Source of the DNA: Bordetella parapertussis
GTDB taxonomy: Bacteria; Pseudomonadota; Gammaproteobacteria; Burkholderiales; SG8-41
Assembly: GCA_945906815.1 (NCBI GenBank)
Contig: CAMDRT010000003.1
Coordinates: 82,766 to 146,765, forward strand
Direction of reading: 5' to 3'
DNA: 64,000 nt
Position numbers and translations under genes: made by a program. This document shows, one piece after another, positions 63,647 to 64,000 of this stretch. Numbering within the stretch: position 1 is the stretch's first letter; every line of letters begins with the position of its first letter. The notes below the pieces were generated by a model. That model had not been told where the DNA came from. It did not search any database and worked only from the letters and a program-made list of their open reading frames with translations.

Positions 63647-64000
63647 CTACGGCCGCTCGTTGCTCACTGCCCTCAACTTTTCCGGCAACCCCGCGGGCCG
63701 CTCGACGTTCACTGTTTCAATCTTGCCCGGCACCGATACTTCCAGCGCCTCCTTGTCCTCTGACACGTAGATTTCGTTGTGGCGTACGCCGCCAGGGACG
63801 AAAAAGGCGTCGCCGGCGGTGAAGGTCGCTACCGTGCCGTCCTCGAATTCAATGATCAGTTTTCCTTTAAGCACATAGACGAACTGCATCTCGCAGATGT
63901 GGTAATGCCAACCGGTGGGTTCGGTCATGCCGGCGATGGAACTGTTCTGATACGCGCGCATGCGCCCGCCGGTGGCGCCTTCGAGTCCGAGGTCGCGGTA
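63647..64000 (-). CDS. cupin-domain protein, probably continuing past the right edge
   Basis: GWHYHICEMQFVYVLKGKL...FFVPGGVRHNE are the cupin motifs. The frame stays open upstream of Met-63961 to the window end (YRDLGLEGATGGR). Confidence 0.75.
   Translation of the reverse strand, partial: YRDLGLEGATGGRMRAYQNSSIAGMTEPTGWHYHICEMQFVYVLKGKLIIEFEDGTVATFTAGDAFFVPGGVRHNEIYVSEDKEALEVSVPGKIETVNVERPAGLPEKLRAVSNERP

Noticed and set aside
1-64000. tRNA, rRNA, tmRNA, riboswitch or CRISPR loci.
   Set aside because: Visual inspection of all intergenic spacers longer than 80 bp found no cloverleaf-like, rRNA-like or known riboswitch consensus sequences. This is a visual screen only, so tRNAscan-SE and Infernal should confirm it.

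Overview
High-GC (low 60s % by eye) chromosomal segment of betaproteobacterial, Burkholderiales-like character. All calls rest on hand translation and motif recognition; no searches were run. Coding density is high. The left edge holds housekeeping genes: queE (partial) and glnS, with a lower-GC two-gene nucleotidyltransferase cassette wedged between them. The rest is an accessory catabolic landscape. It contains 16 intact and 2 decayed Bug/TctC-type periplasmic solute receptors. These are interleaved with 4 TauD/TfdA dioxygenases, 3 family-III (CaiB/Frc-type) CoA-transferases, 2 enolase-superfamily (MR/MLE) enzymes, cupins, a FAH-family hydrolase, crotonase, AKR, SDR, FAD oxidoreductase, TPP enzyme, GST and a GNAT. 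Transporters are one DASS, two MFS and one MATE. I found no TctA/TctB membrane partners, no classical transcription factors, no integrase or transposase, and no tRNA, rRNA or CRISPR. Six items deserve a second look. (1) 27.2-38.1 kb is a duplication-and-decay zone holding at least seven gene remnants. It also carries an AT-rich-fronted wHTH-nucleotidyltransferase plus HEPN-like pair, and an MBL gene followed by two unknown ORFs. (2) A structured ~130-bp element occurs in inverted orientation on both sides of a 4.1-kb four-gene cassette (54.06-58.40 kb). Next to it is a 231-bp-period composite tandem repeat. (3) A vapBC locus has a 1-nt frameshift in vapC. (4) Two eukaryote-like folds appear: a scramblase homologue and an endostatin/C-type-lectin-like lipoprotein. 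(5) A 41% GC patch encodes a C2HC mini zinc-finger ORF. (6) Two periplasmic-binding-protein-fold proteins lack signal peptides. Start codons are best guesses, and alternative starts are noted where relevant.
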